From: Candidatus Dormibacteraceae bacterium
GTDB lineage: Bacteria; Chloroflexota; Dormibacteria; Dormibacterales; Dormibacteraceae
Length of the DNA stretch: 64,000 nt
Direction: 5' to 3'
Assembly (NCBI GenBank): GCA_050734495.1
Contig: JBOHUQ010000126.1
Coordinates: 7,646 to 71,645, forward strand
Both the position numbers and the translations under genes were made by a program. The notes below the pieces were generated by a model. It searched no databases. It was not told where the DNA came from and worked only from the letters and a program-made list of their open reading frames with translations. Shown here piece by piece: positions 38,584-49,654 of this stretch (position 1 is its first letter; every line of letters starts with the position of its first letter).

Positions 38584-39150
38584 TTACTTCGTTCCCGGCT
38601 CGGCTGGCGCTTTCGCCTTTGCCTTCATATCGCGCTTGATCTCTCGCGCGTGGGCCATCGACTCGATCGAGTCCACATCCGCCACGGTGTGCCAGTTCGC
38701 GGCGTGCTTTTCCCAGCCGCGAGGCTTGACCCCGAACTTCTTGGCCAGCACCGCGACGAGGATTTTCACCTTCATGTCCCCGAAGCCGGGGAGCTTCTTG
38801 ATCCGCACCGCGAGGTCGTCCCCGTCGCGCGCCTCCCGCCACACCGACCCCGCATCACCTCCGTACTCGTCGACGATCACCCGGCAAAGCGACTGGGTGC
38901 GGGCGGCCATGCTGCCTGGAAAGCGGTGCAGCGCCGGCCGCTCGCGAAATACGGCCGCCAGCCTGTCCGGGACCATGCCGGCGATCTTGCGCACGTCGAG
39001 GTGTCCGAGCCTCTTCTTGAGCTCGAGCGGGCCGCCGAATGCCTTCTCCATCTTGACCTGCTGGTCCAGGACGAGGCCGATCAGGAGCGCCAGCGGATCG
39101 GTCTCCAGCAGGCGGTTCGCCTCCGGGTCGTCGGTCCACACAATGGGCAT
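38584..39150 (-). CDS. HhH-GPD-type base excision DNA repair family protein
   Basis: 188 aa: DPLALLIGLVLDQQVKMEKAF...LPGFGDMKVKILVAVL, with a Lys-rich tail. Confidence 0.7.
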   Translation of the reverse strand: MPIVWTDDPEANRLLETDPLALLIGLVLDQQVKMEKAFGGPLELKKRLGHLDVRKIAGMVPDRLAAVFRERPALHRFPGSMAARTQSLCRVIVDEYGGDAGSVWREARDGDDLAVRIKKLPGFGDMKVKILVAVLAKKFGVKPRGWEKHAANWHTVADVDSIESMAHAREIKRDMKAKAKAPAEPGTK

Positions 39151-39221
39151 TCGAGAACTCTAGCTCCCGGCCACCATGCGCCGGGCCGCCGGGCTTAGTA
39201 CCCTTCGCCGTTATAGCCAGC

Positions 39222-39824
39222 ATGCCAGCGTTGCCTGATCGGGGGCAGGAGACGTACCAGCCGGGCTCGCGCGAGGACTTCGATCTCCTGTACCGCAACG
39301 CCTATCCACGCGTCTACCGAACCCTCGTCGTGATCCTGGGTGATCCCGAGGCGGCCGAGGACTGCACCCAGGACGCATTCATAAAGGCCTTCCAGGCCTG
39401 GAAGCGCTGGCGCCCCGACGCTCCGGCGGACGCCTGGATCCACCGGATCGCGGTCAATCGGGCGATCTCGTACCGCCGCTCCGCCCGCTTGCGGTCGGTC
39501 GGCGAGATCCTGCGCCGCCTCGGCAGACCTGCGCCATCCACCGACCCGGCTCACGTCGCGACCCGGCCCGACCTCCTTACCGCCCTGCGCGCGATTCCGC
39601 CAAGGCTGGCGGCTGCCATCGTCCTGCGGTATTACCACGGTTACAACAACCGCGAGATCGCCGTGGCGTTGGGGGTGTCAGAGCGGACGATCGGCACGCG
39701 TTTGAATCAGGCTGCGGCGCGGCTGCGACCGCTGCTCGAAGAATCGCGAACGCCGGCCTTCTCACTTGACATCGGCAACGCGTTGTCTTCAGAACAGGAA
39801 GCGAGTTCGAATGCCGAGCACTGA
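39222..39824 (+). CDS. ECF-type RNA polymerase sigma factor
   Basis: Region 2 (FDLLYRNAYPRVYRTL...DCTQDAFIKAF...WIHRIAVNRAIS) and region 4 (IVLRYYHGYNNREIAVALGVSERTIGTRL) are both recognisable. Confidence 0.9.
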   Translation: MPALPDRGQETYQPGSREDFDLLYRNAYPRVYRTLVVILGDPEAAEDCTQDAFIKAFQAWKRWRPDAPADAWIHRIAVNRAISYRRSARLRSVGEILRRLGRPAPSTDPAHVATRPDLLTALRAIPPRLAAAIVLRYYHGYNNREIAVALGVSERTIGTRLNQAAARLRPLLEESRTPAFSLDIGNALSSEQEASSNAEH

Positions 39825-40320
39825 GCGCGATCGCATGGACCCCGGATTTGAATGGCGATTGAAAGTCGCCCTCAACCGGATCACTCCACCCGCTTCGACG
39901 CCGCGTTACCTGTCGAAATCGATGGGTGGTGTCAGGGCCTTGCGAATCGCTCCGCTCGCGCTCGCGGCCGCGACCGCATTTCTTCTCGCCCTGACCGCCA
40001 CCGCGACGACCGGCAGCCCGAATCCCGCCGTCTGGACGGGCGACGCCGCCTCGACCATCGGTGCGGTCCGGCATGTCGCCGAGCCTGGCCCGAGCCCGCA
40101 GCCAAGCTCGGTGCCACGGCCGCCTGCCCCGCCTCGAAAGGCCGTCGTAGCGCCACCCGTTCCCGCGCGGCCACCCGAGCAGAAGGCGTCGCCGCGGCCT
40201 GATCCTTCAGAACATTCGGAGGAGTCGCCGCGACCGCGGCCCACCCCCTACCCCAGCCCCTCGGAAGACCGCTCGGGTCACAGCTCGCCGAGTCCGTCTC
40301 CATCGTCTGGTGACCACTAG
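39811..40320 (+). CDS. putative anti-sigma factor (single-pass membrane, Pro-rich C-terminus)
   Basis: The ATG at 39811 overlaps the sigma gene end by 14 nt. It has one TM helix (LRIAPLALAAATAFLLALTA) and then a Pro/Ser-rich tail. The call rests on position. Confidence 0.5.
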   Translation: MPSTERDRMDPGFEWRLKVALNRITPPASTPRYLSKSMGGVRALRIAPLALAAATAFLLALTATATTGSPNPAVWTGDAASTIGAVRHVAEPGPSPQPSSVPRPPAPPRKAVVAPPVPARPPEQKASPRPDPSEHSEESPRPRPTPYPSPSEDRSGHSSPSPSPSSGDH

Positions 40321-40387
40321 GCCGCTTCCGACTTCTCGGTCGCCAGGCGTTACTAGGCATTCATCGTCGGTAACAAGGAGGACAAAC

Positions 40388-40957
40388 GTGCCCAGAAAGA
40401 CGCTATTCAAGATCGGACTCGCCTCGGCCGCGGCCGCGGTAGCCGCGATCATGGCGATCACGTCGGCGTTCGCGCACGGAAGCCCGACGACGACCAGCCG
40501 CTCAATGGTCGGCACGATCGTCAACGCGGCCGCCGGCGCCAGCCTGGTGTCCTTCCAGGACCAGGCACCGACGACGGTCACCGAAGAGCAAACCGAAGAC
40601 GCCATCGAGGTCGCGGAGATCGCGGCCGAGCAGGCGGAACTGGCGGCAAAGCTGGCCGCCCAGCAGGCGGAAGAGGCCGCTGAAGCAGCTGCTGCAGCCG
40701 CCGCCACCACCTGCGTCGCCGCGGACCGGACCGAGGACACAGCCGAAAAGGCCGGCGACCAGACAGAGGACGCAGCCGAGAAGACCAGCGGCGCGGAGAG
40801 TGCCTCGGAAGACTCTGCAGAGGCGGCCGCCAAGCAGGCCACCGATAAGCCCGAGGACACGTCCGAGGTCAGGTGCGCGAACGCGGAGGGCGACCACAAG
40901 AGCGGCGACAACCACGAAAGCAGCACAAAGACGTTCTCGAAAGAGGGCGACCACTAA
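40388..40957 (+). CDS. secreted Ala/Glu-rich low-complexity protein
   Basis: GTG at 40388 sits 6 nt after AAGGAGG. The signal peptide ends AFA-HG. The acidic protein has repeated TED(T/A)AEK units. Confidence 0.6.
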   Translation: MPRKTLFKIGLASAAAAVAAIMAITSAFAHGSPTTTSRSMVGTIVNAAAGASLVSFQDQAPTTVTEEQTEDAIEVAEIAAEQAELAAKLAAQQAEEAAEAAAAAAATTCVAADRTEDTAEKAGDQTEDAAEKTSGAESASEDSAEAAAKQATDKPEDTSEVRCANAEGDHKSGDNHESSTKTFSKEGDH

Positions 40958-40976
40958 CCGGCACCTTTCAGACCAA

Positions 40977-41012
40977 GAGGCCGGGCCGCGTGCCCGGCCT
41001 TTCCTCTTTTCC
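40977..41012 (+). terminator. rho-independent terminator between convergent genes
   Basis: Stem AGGCCGGGC (40978-40986), loop CGCGT, stem GCCCGGCCT (40992-41000), followed by TTCCTCTTTTCC. Confidence 0.7.
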
Positions 41013-41081
41013 TGCGCTGCACGAACACGCATGCCGATTCCGGCAGTGGGGTGGTGAACTCCGTGGAGAGGTGAGCGCCCC

Positions 41082-42269
41082 TTAGTGCTGCGGGTTCGCC
41101 GCGATGAACTCCCCGATCCGCTCCAGCCCCAGCTTCAGCTCGTCCTCGGACTGCGTGTAGGCAAGCCTGATGAAACCTTTTCCCGCGTGCCCGAACGCCG
41201 TCCCGGGCAGCACCGCCACGCCCGCTTCCGCGAGCAACCGGTCCGAAAGCTCGTGCTCGTCGAACGCCGTCCCCTCGATGTTCGGGAAAACGTAGAACGA
41301 ACCCTGCGGGCGGGCGCACCTCATGCCCGGGATCTCGTTGAGCCCGTCCACCACAAGGTTCCGCCTGTGCTCGAACACCTTCACCATGCGGGCAACCGCG
41401 TGTTCCGACTCGGGCGCGCTCAGGGCCTCGATCGCCGCCATCTGAGTGAACCCCGCGGCGCACGACGACGAGTTGATCATCAGCTGGTCCAGCTTGGCCG
41501 CGAGCGCCTTGGGAGCCACCGCGTAGCCGAGCCGCCAGCCGGTCATCGCGTACGACTTCGAGAGCCCATCCATCAACACCGTGCGCTCGCGCATGCCCGG
41601 ATGTGACAGCGGCGACACGTGCTGGAAGCCATAGACGAGCTGGCTGTAGATCTCGTCCGACACCACGAGAAGGTCGTGCTCGTTCGCGAGGTCGCACACG
41701 AACTTGACGTCCTCTTCGGTCAATATGCCGCCAGTCGGGTTCTGAGGAGTGTTGACAATGAGCATCCGCGTCCTGGGCGTGACCAACGAAGCGAGCTCGT
41801 CCAGATCCATCCGGAAACCGGATTCCTCACGCAGGGTCACCGTCTTCGGGACAGCGCCGATGAAGCTGACCTGCGACGCGTAAGCCGGATACCCGGGGTC
41901 GGGGAGGATCACCTCGTCGCCCGGCTCGATGCACGCGAGCAAGGTGAACAGCAGCACGTTCTTCGAGCCTGGGACCAGCACGACCTCGGTCGGGTCGACC
42001 TCCGTCTTCAACGTGCGCGACACGAAGCCGGCGACGGCCTCGCGCGCTTCGAAGATGCCGCTGGCGGGCGTGTAGTGCGTGTAGCCGTTCTGCATCGCCG
42101 AGATGCCGGCCTCGACGATGTTGTCCGGAGTCGCGAAGTCGGGCTCACCGATCTCCAGGTGGACGATCCTCTTGCCCTGCGCCTCCAGACGCCTTGCCTT
42201 GGCCAGCACCTCGAACGCCCCCTCGGTGCCAAGGCGCGAGATGCGTTCCGCAAACCGGATGGCGCTCAC
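41082..42269 (-). CDS. pyridoxal phosphate-dependent aminotransferase (class I, aspartate aminotransferase-like)
   Basis: SKSYAMTGWRLGY (PLP Lys) and NPQNPTG are present. 395 aa. Confidence 0.9.
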   Translation of the reverse strand: MSAIRFAERISRLGTEGAFEVLAKARRLEAQGKRIVHLEIGEPDFATPDNIVEAGISAMQNGYTHYTPASGIFEAREAVAGFVSRTLKTEVDPTEVVLVPGSKNVLLFTLLACIEPGDEVILPDPGYPAYASQVSFIGAVPKTVTLREESGFRMDLDELASLVTPRTRMLIVNTPQNPTGGILTEEDVKFVCDLANEHDLLVVSDEIYSQLVYGFQHVSPLSHPGMRERTVLMDGLSKSYAMTGWRLGYAVAPKALAAKLDQLMINSSSCAAGFTQMAAIEALSAPESEHAVARMVKVFEHRRNLVVDGLNEIPGMRCARPQGSFYVFPNIEGTAFDEHELSDRLLAEAGVAVLPGTAFGHAGKGFIRLAYTQSEDELKLGLERIGEFIAANPQH

Positions 42270-42278
42270 AAACGAATC

Positions 42279-43037
42279 CTAGTGGACGCCTGAAAGGGAG
42301 CCGCCGTCGACGCCCAGCGTCTGCCCGGTGATGTAGCCCGCCTGCCTCGAGCACAGGAACGCGCAAGCGGCCGCGAACTCGTCGGGTTGGCCGTACCGGC
42401 CCATCGGCGCGCTCGCCGCCCTCCGCTTGAGCTCCTCGTCGAGATTGCCGCCGGCCCCGGCCGCAATCTGCCGGATCCTGTCGGTGAGGATGGCATCGGG
42501 CGCGAGGCAGTTCACGGTGATCCGGTTCGGCGCCAGCTCCCGCGCGAGCGTCTTGGACAGCCCCGTGACGGCGGCGCGGAGTGAGTTCGAAAGGACAAGG
42601 TGCGGGATCGGCTCTCGCACCGAGATGGACGTGATGAAGACGATCCGCCCCTGGTCCGAGCGCTTCAGGTCGGCAAGCGCGGCCTTCACAAGCCTGACGG
42701 CGCTCATCAAGGTCAGCTCGAAGGCCGGCTCCCAGCCCTCGAGCGGGGTGCTCTCGAACGTTCCAGGCGGAGGGCCGCCGGCGTTGACGACGAGGATGTC
42801 GAGGCCGCCGAGCCGGGCGAGCGCCTGGTCGACCATCGCTTCAGGTTCCCTGGAGACATCGGCTGCGACCCAACCCGCCGCCTTGATCGCTTGGCCTGTC
42901 GCCTCGATCGCCGCGGCATCGCGCGACGAGATGAAGACGTCCGCACCCTCTGCCGCGAGCGCCGCGGCGCACGCGCGCCCCAGTCCCTTGCTGGCTGCGG
43001 TCACGAGGGCGCGGCGATCTTTCAGCCCGAGGTCCAC
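42279..43037 (-). CDS. SDR family oxidoreductase
   Basis: ALVTAASKGLG cofactor motif, NAGG, and length 252 aa. Confidence 0.85.
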   Translation of the reverse strand: MDLGLKDRRALVTAASKGLGRACAAALAAEGADVFISSRDAAAIEATGQAIKAAGWVAADVSREPEAMVDQALARLGGLDILVVNAGGPPPGTFESTPLEGWEPAFELTLMSAVRLVKAALADLKRSDQGRIVFITSISVREPIPHLVLSNSLRAAVTGLSKTLARELAPNRITVNCLAPDAILTDRIRQIAAGAGGNLDEELKRRAASAPMGRYGQPDEFAAACAFLCSRQAGYITGQTLGVDGGSLSGVH

Positions 43038-43093
43038 GTTCTCAATTGTCGGGCAGGAGGGTCTGGCCCGCCACCTGTGATCCCCCTTTTGCT

Positions 43094-44671
43094 TCAGCCA
43101 CTCGTGTTGACATACCAGTCGGTCACGTACTGAAAGCGATCGGCGGGCTCGACCACCTTGTTCATCCGCACGCCGTGGACACGCTGCGACACCGCGTACT
43201 CGTAACGCCCCGAATAGAGGAAGATCGCCGGCGCGGCGTCGGCCATCAGCATCTGGAAGTCGATGTACGCCGCCAACCGCGCCTGCGGATCGACCGTGGC
43301 GCGGCCCATCTCCAGGTCGCTATCGATCAATCCCCAGCCCCGCGTGTACGCGAAATTCAGGCTGTTCGGGTCCGCGCCCGAGTGCCATAGCGAGTACTCG
43401 TCGGGATCCGAGCCGACATCGAACGAGACCAGGGCCATCTCGTAATTGCGGCCGATCAGGTAGTTCTGGACCAGCTGCGAAGGCGGCACGGCCTTGATGT
43501 CGATCTCCACCCCGATCACCGCGAGCTGGCGCGCCAGCGCGTCCGCCACCTGCTGGCTGGGGTAGGAGTTGGGCGCGACCAGCTGGACCTTGAATGGCAC
43601 GCCGTTCTTGGTCCTCAGCCTCGAACCCGGCGTCGACACCCATCCCGCCTTGTCCAGCGCCTGCGCCGCGGCGACCGGGTCGTAAGGGTGCAGTGCGGCG
43701 GCGGCCGCCGAGAACGCCCAGTCTCCGACCGGGATCGGGCCTGAATCCGGATCGGCCTTTCCCGCCATCGCCTCCGTGACGATTCGCTGTCGGTCGACCG
43801 CCTGCGTGAGGGCGAGCCGGACGTTCACGTCGCTGAAGAACTGCTTGCCGTCACCGGTGGGGTTGAAGCTCACGAACGAGTTGGTGAACATTCGAGCGTC
43901 GACCACGGACACGTTGCTTGCGATCGCCTGCAGCGCGTCAACCTCCTGGGGCTCCAGCCCTCCCACGAGGTCTGCGACACCTTGCCCGACCGCGCGGATC
44001 GCGGACTGCGGGTCGGTGGCAGAGTAGGTGCGCAGCACGAGGTGGTCGAGATACGGCTGCGGGTTGGCATACGGATTGCGGTCCAGCGTGATCGCAAGCT
44101 GGCTGAGAGCGCCCACCTTGAAGGGGCCAGTCCCGAACGCTTGCACGCCGCTGTACGGGCTGGCGACGATCTGAGCCGGGGCCATCCCGCCAAAGATGTG
44201 CTTCGCGATGATGCCAATACGCAGCGCCAGCGGGAATGAGGCGCTCGGCGCGCGGAGCGTGAACACGACCTGTCCCGGACCGCCCGGACCGACTCCGACC
44301 TGCCGCCAGAAGTCGGCGCCCGGCTGGGTATATTCGATGTCCTGCAGGACGTGGTAGGTGAACAGCACATCGTCAGCGGTGAACGGCTGGCCGTCGGCCC
44401 ATTTGACCCCGCTGCGGATGTTGAAGGTGTACGTGAGGTGGTCCGCGGATACGGTCCAGTCGCTGGCCAGAAGCCCCACGATGTTCTGCTGCGCGTCGAT
44501 CGTCGTCAGTCCCTGGTAGATGACGCTATCGACGTCCCTGGTGCTGTCGACGGATTCGAAGAGAGGGTTCAGGACGCCGGCGGCCCCCACCAGGGCTCCA
44601 ACGGCGGTACCGCCACGCGCGGGTTTCGGCACGGTCGCGACCGGCTGGCACCCGACGAGCGCTACCACCAC
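43094..44671 (-). CDS. ABC transporter substrate-binding protein, family 5 (peptide/nickel type), probable lipoprotein; start unresolved
   Basis: Solute-binding family 5 layout with lipobox LVGC. Canonical starts are GTG 44671/44668 (signal peptide too short) or GTG 44842 (143-nt overlap with secG). ATC 44710 would give an ideal signal peptide. Confidence 0.8.
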   Translation of the reverse strand: MVVALVGCQPVATVPKPARGGTAVGALVGAAGVLNPLFESVDSTRDVDSVIYQGLTTIDAQQNIVGLLASDWTVSADHLTYTFNIRSGVKWADGQPFTADDVLFTYHVLQDIEYTQPGADFWRQVGVGPGGPGQVVFTLRAPSASFPLALRIGIIAKHIFGGMAPAQIVASPYSGVQAFGTGPFKVGALSQLAITLDRNPYANPQPYLDHLVLRTYSATDPQSAIRAVGQGVADLVGGLEPQEVDALQAIASNVSVVDARMFTNSFVSFNPTGDGKQFFSDVNVRLALTQAVDRQRIVTEAMAGKADPDSGPIPVGDWAFSAAAAALHPYDPVAAAQALDKAGWVSTPGSRLRTKNGVPFKVQLVAPNSYPSQQVADALARQLAVIGVEIDIKAVPPSQLVQNYLIGRNYEMALVSFDVGSDPDEYSLWHSGADPNSLNFAYTRGWGLIDSDLEMGRATVDPQARLAAYIDFQMLMADAAPAIFLYSGRYEYAVSQRVHGVRMNKVVEPADRFQYVTDWYVNTSG

Positions 44672-44699
44672 CGCCGCCAGCGTGGCGGCGAGCGACCGG

Positions 44700-44957
44700 C
44701 TACCCGAGATTACGGGCTCGCAACGCGGTGAGCGCGATCGAGCAGACGAGAAAAGCGACCGCCAACACCCAGGTGGTCCAGTAGATCTGACGCTCCAGCC
44801 CGCGGCGTGTGCGATAGCCGCCGCCGCTCCCGTCGCCGCCACCGCCGATCGTTCCGCCGAGGCCTGACGACTTCGGTGTCTGAATGAGGACCCCCGTCAT
44901 CAGGAGGACCGCGAGCACGGCCTCCGTGATGACGAGCGTCGAGACGATCCTAGCCAT
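44700..44957 (-). CDS. secG: preprotein translocase subunit SecG
   Basis: 85 aa with two TM helices flanking the Gly-rich loop SSGLGGTIGGGGDGSGGG. Confidence 0.88.
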   Translation of the reverse strand: MARIVSTLVITEAVLAVLLMTGVLIQTPKSSGLGGTIGGGGDGSGGGYRTRRGLERQIYWTTWVLAVAFLVCSIALTALRARNLG

Positions 44958-44975
44958 GGAACCTCGAGATTTTAC

Positions 44976-45590
44976 CTAGCTCCAAACGGCGCCGAAACGG
45001 GAGTTGATCGCATCCCAGTTGAGCGTGTTGAACCACGCGGTGACATAGTCCGCCCGCTTGTTCTGGTACTTGAGGTAATACGCGTGCTCCCACACGTCCA
45101 CTCCAAGAATCGGGGTCAACCCCTCCATGTATGGGCTGTCCTGGTTGGGATACGACTTGATGAACATCTTGCCGTTCTTGTCGACGACCAGCCATGCCCA
45201 GCCGCTTCCGAACTGGCCGACCGCGGCCTTCTGAAGCTGCTCCTTGAAAGCGTCGTAGCTCCCGAACGTGGTCTTGATCGAGTCGGCGATCCGCCCTTTC
45301 GGGGCTCCGCCGGCACCTGGACCCATGATGGTCCAGAAGATCGAGTGATTCGAGTGGCCGCCTGCGTTGTTGCGGACGACCGTGCGGATGTCCTCGGGCA
45401 CCTCGTTGATGCCCCAGAGGAGGTCCTCCAGTGACTTCAGCGCCAGCGCCGGATGCTTTTCGAGCGCGGCGTTTGCGTTGTTGACGTAGGCCGCATGGTG
45501 CTTGTCGTGATGGATCTCCATCGTCTTGGCGTCGATGTGCGGCTCGAGCGCATCGAACGAGTAGGGAAGCGCTGGAAGCTCAAATGCCAT
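44976..45590 (-). CDS. sodA: Fe/Mn superoxide dismutase
   Basis: [19 protein letters not shown] and DVWEHAYY are present. Confidence 0.97.
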   Translation of the reverse strand: MAFELPALPYSFDALEPHIDAKTMEIHHDKHHAAYVNNANAALEKHPALALKSLEDLLWGINEVPEDIRTVVRNNAGGHSNHSIFWTIMGPGAGGAPKGRIADSIKTTFGSYDAFKEQLQKAAVGQFGSGWAWLVVDKNGKMFIKSYPNQDSPYMEGLTPILGVDVWEHAYYLKYQNKRADYVTAWFNTLNWDAINSRFGAVWS

Positions 45591-45638
45591 GGTGGAACCC
45601 TCCCGAGGTTTGAATTTGCCTTTTACCCAGGCATCAGT

Positions 45639-46418
45639 CTAAGAGGTACGCGATTCCGAACCTGAACCTGAAGCCTGCGCGCGGACGGCCGCCGCGCGCC
45701 GCTCGATTTCCTCGGGGTCGCCGAGGTAGCGCCACGCTCGGGGTTTGAAGTCTGCCCCGAGCTCGTAGACACGCGGGACGCCCGTCGGGATGTTCAGCTC
45801 GACCACCTCCTGGTCGCTCAGACCGTCGAGGTGCTTGACCAGCGCCCGCAGGCTGTTCCCGTGAGCGGACACGAGCACGCAGGGAAACCGAAGAAGATCG
45901 GGGACGATGGCGTCGTACCAGTAAGGGAGCATCCGTTCGACCACGTCTTTGAGGCATTCGGCCCGCGGCAGGAGCTCGGGCGGCAACTCCGCGTACCGCC
46001 GGTCGTGTGAGGGGTGACGCTCGTCGGATGAGTCGAGGTCGGGGGGCCGGACGTCGTAGCTCCGTCGCCACACCTTGACCTTGTCCTCTCCGAATTGCGC
46101 CGACGTCTGGGCCTTGTTCAGACCCTGCAGCGCACCGTAGTGCCGTTCGTTGAGACGCCAGCTGCGCCGCACCGGGATCCAGGTGAGGCCCATCTCGGCC
46201 AGCGCCAGGTCAGCGGTTTCGATCGCCCTGACCAGGACCGACGTATGGACCACGTCCGGCGAGAGGCCTGCCGCGTTCATCAGGCGCCCGGCTTCGACCG
46301 CCTCCTCGACGCCGTGGGGGCTGAGCGGGACGTCATGCCACCCGGTGAACAGGTTCTCGAGATTCCAGGTGCTCTGCCCGTGACGCAAGAGCACGAGGGC
46401 ATGTTTATCGGTGGCCAT
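45639..46418 (-). CDS. gpmA: 2,3-bisphosphoglycerate-dependent phosphoglycerate mutase
   Basis: [17 protein letters not shown] and [10 protein letters not shown] are present. Confidence 0.95.
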   Translation of the reverse strand: MATDKHALVLLRHGQSTWNLENLFTGWHDVPLSPHGVEEAVEAGRLMNAAGLSPDVVHTSVLVRAIETADLALAEMGLTWIPVRRSWRLNERHYGALQGLNKAQTSAQFGEDKVKVWRRSYDVRPPDLDSSDERHPSHDRRYAELPPELLPRAECLKDVVERMLPYWYDAIVPDLLRFPCVLVSAHGNSLRALVKHLDGLSDQEVVELNIPTGVPRVYELGADFKPRAWRYLGDPEEIERRAAAVRAQASGSGSESRTS

Positions 46419-47196
46419 ATACTTCCGCGGTCACCTTCACGATATGCGCGAACTCGGCCGCGTCCAGGCTCGCCCCACCGACCAGGACCCCATCGCACAG
46501 CGGCAGCTCGACGTACGACTCGACGTTGGCCGAGGTGACGCTGCCTCCGTAAAGGATGCGCACTTTGCGCCCGGCGCCGGCCCCGATCATGTCCCCCACC
46601 ACCCGGCGGATCAGCCTCATCGTCTTGTAAGCGTGCTCCGGGTCCGCGTTCTTGCCAGAGCCAATCGCCCACACCGGCTCATAGGCGATCACCAGCCGGG
46701 CGGAATCGTCGGCCGAGCAGCTCGCGAGGCCCGCCCTGACCTGGGCCTCGACCACCTGGTCGGAGGTGCCCGCGTCGTAGTGGTCGGCGAGCTCGCCCAC
46801 GCACATGATCACGCTCAGCTCGCATCCCAGCGCGGCGGCGGTCTTTTTCGACACCATCTCATCCGTCTCGCCGAGATGGATCCGGCGCTCCGAGTGGCCG
46901 ATGATCACCCACTGGCACCAACCCTTCAGCATGGCGGGCGATACCTCGCCCGTGTACGCGCCCGAAAGCTCCCAGAAACAGTCCTGCGCGCCGAGCTCGA
47001 CCCCTGACTCGGCGACCACCTCGGACACGCCCATCAGCCAGGGAAACGGCGGAAAGATCGCGACCTCCACCCGGTCCGAGTGCCCCCGCGCGACCGACAG
47101 CACACCGCGGACCAGGTCCAGGGCATCGCCGGCGTCGTTCGGGTTCATCTTCCAATTCGCCGCCACGAGGGGCATCGGGGAGACCCGGGATGCCAT
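46405..47196 (-). CDS. tpiA: triose-phosphate isomerase
   Basis: [23 protein letters not shown] and YGGS are present. Confidence 0.95.
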   Translation of the reverse strand: MASRVSPMPLVAANWKMNPNDAGDALDLVRGVLSVARGHSDRVEVAIFPPFPWLMGVSEVVAESGVELGAQDCFWELSGAYTGEVSPAMLKGWCQWVIIGHSERRIHLGETDEMVSKKTAAALGCELSVIMCVGELADHYDAGTSDQVVEAQVRAGLASCSADDSARLVIAYEPVWAIGSGKNADPEHAYKTMRLIRRVVGDMIGAGAGRKVRILYGGSVTSANVESYVELPLCDGVLVGGASLDAAEFAHIVKVTAEVYGHR

Positions 47197-48416
47197 CAGG
47201 CCTCCTTGAGGATCGCAACGCCTGGCAGCTCGTTGCCTTCCAGGTACTCGAGCGTCGCGCCGCCGCCGGTCGACACATGCGAGAAACGCCCGGCGAGCCC
47301 GAGGGATTCGATGGCCGCGACCGTGTCGCCACCCCCGACCAGCGTGTATCCGCCGGAGTTTGCGATGGCCTCGCCGATCGCCCTGGTCCCGTCGCTGAAA
47401 TCGCGGATCTCCGACACCCCCATCGGCCCATTCCAGACGACGGCGCCGGCGCCGCGCAGTCTCTGCGTGAACAGCGCCACCGATTTGGGCCCGATGTCGA
47501 GCGCCATCCAGCCTGCTTCCACCTTGTCTGCGTCCATGATGCGCAACGGCTGTCCGGCCTCCATCCGGCGCGCGCAGACGAGATCGACCGGAAGCAGCAG
47601 CTTGCGGCCGGCCTGCTCCGCCACCTCCTTCGCCTCATCCAGGGCGGAGTCCTCAACGAGCCCGCTGCCCGTCGGATAGCCGCGCGCCTTGAAGAAGGTG
47701 TTGGCCATCGCGCCCCCGATGAGCAGCGCGTCGACCTTCTTCAGCAGGTTGCGCAGGACGCCGATCTTGGTCGAAACCTTGGCGCCGCCGACCACGGCCA
47801 GCATCGGCCGCCGCGGGTTGTCCAGCGCCTGGTGCAGCGCCGTGAGCTCTGCTTCCATCAGTTCGCCCGCAAACGCTGGAAGGTAAGCAGCGACGCCCAC
47901 CACCGAAGCATGCGCGCGGTGCGAGGCGGCGAACGCGTCGTTCACGTACAGCTCCCCGAGCGCCGCCAGCCGGTGAGCGAAGTCCGGGTCGTTCGCCTCC
48001 TCCTCAGGATGGAAGCGCACGTTCTCCAGCAGCAGGACCTGGCCGTGCTGAAGCTTGGCGACAGCCGTGCGCGCCGGCTCGCCCACGCAGTCCTCAGCGA
48101 AGTGCACCTCGCGGTCGAGGGCTCGCGCCAGGTCCATCGAGACCGGTCGCAGCGAGAGATCGGGCTCCACGCCCTTCGGCCTGCCGAGGTGCGACATGAC
48201 GATCACGAGCGCCCCTCGCTGCGCCAGGTGAAGGAGAGTCGGCACCGCCGCGCGAATTCGGGAGTCGTCGCTGATCGATCCCTTCGACATGGGCACGTTG
48301 AGGTCCTCGCGCACGAGGACGCGCTTGCCCGCGACGTCGACAGACGTGATCGAAGCCTTCAGAGTGTCGCGACCCCGAAGGCACCGCAGATTCGCGGCAT
48401 CGGCGGCCGGAGGCAA
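47196..48416 (-). CDS. pgk: phosphoglycerate kinase
   Basis: RVLVREDLNVP, SHLGRP and GGGDTVAA are present. The TTG start at 48416 is the only canonical in-frame start. Confidence 0.93.
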   Translation of the reverse strand: MPPAADAANLRCLRGRDTLKASITSVDVAGKRVLVREDLNVPMSKGSISDDSRIRAAVPTLLHLAQRGALVIVMSHLGRPKGVEPDLSLRPVSMDLARALDREVHFAEDCVGEPARTAVAKLQHGQVLLLENVRFHPEEEANDPDFAHRLAALGELYVNDAFAASHRAHASVVGVAAYLPAFAGELMEAELTALHQALDNPRRPMLAVVGGAKVSTKIGVLRNLLKKVDALLIGGAMANTFFKARGYPTGSGLVEDSALDEAKEVAEQAGRKLLLPVDLVCARRMEAGQPLRIMDADKVEAGWMALDIGPKSVALFTQRLRGAGAVVWNGPMGVSEIRDFSDGTRAIGEAIANSGGYTLVGGGDTVAAIESLGLAGRFSHVSTGGGATLEYLEGNELPGVAILKEA

Positions 48417-48552
48417 GGAAAGGGTGGCGCCGCTAGGAGCGCATCGTGGATGCGTGACGACGAGGCGCCGGGCCCCTTGACGCCGCCTTCAGCGCCGCAG
48501 GCGCCCGGCCGCCTAGGCCGCGAAGATGCGAGGGACTTCGGGGGCGCGACAC

Positions 48553-49563
<1,011 letters not shown>

Positions 49564-49654
49564 GTGGGCAAGCTCCTATTCATGGCGGGCAAGAACCCTG
49601 GGGGTGAATCCCGATAGCGAAATCCGATGATCGCGATGAACGACGGACGTAATG

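Noticed and set aside
48417-48552. 136-nt gap between gap and pgk as a possible small RNA or regulatory element.
   Set aside because: Only short GC-rich hairpins (e.g. CGCATC-CAC-GATGCG) are present, with no recognisable motif. It probably just reflects the TTG start of pgk being mis-set or simple spacing.
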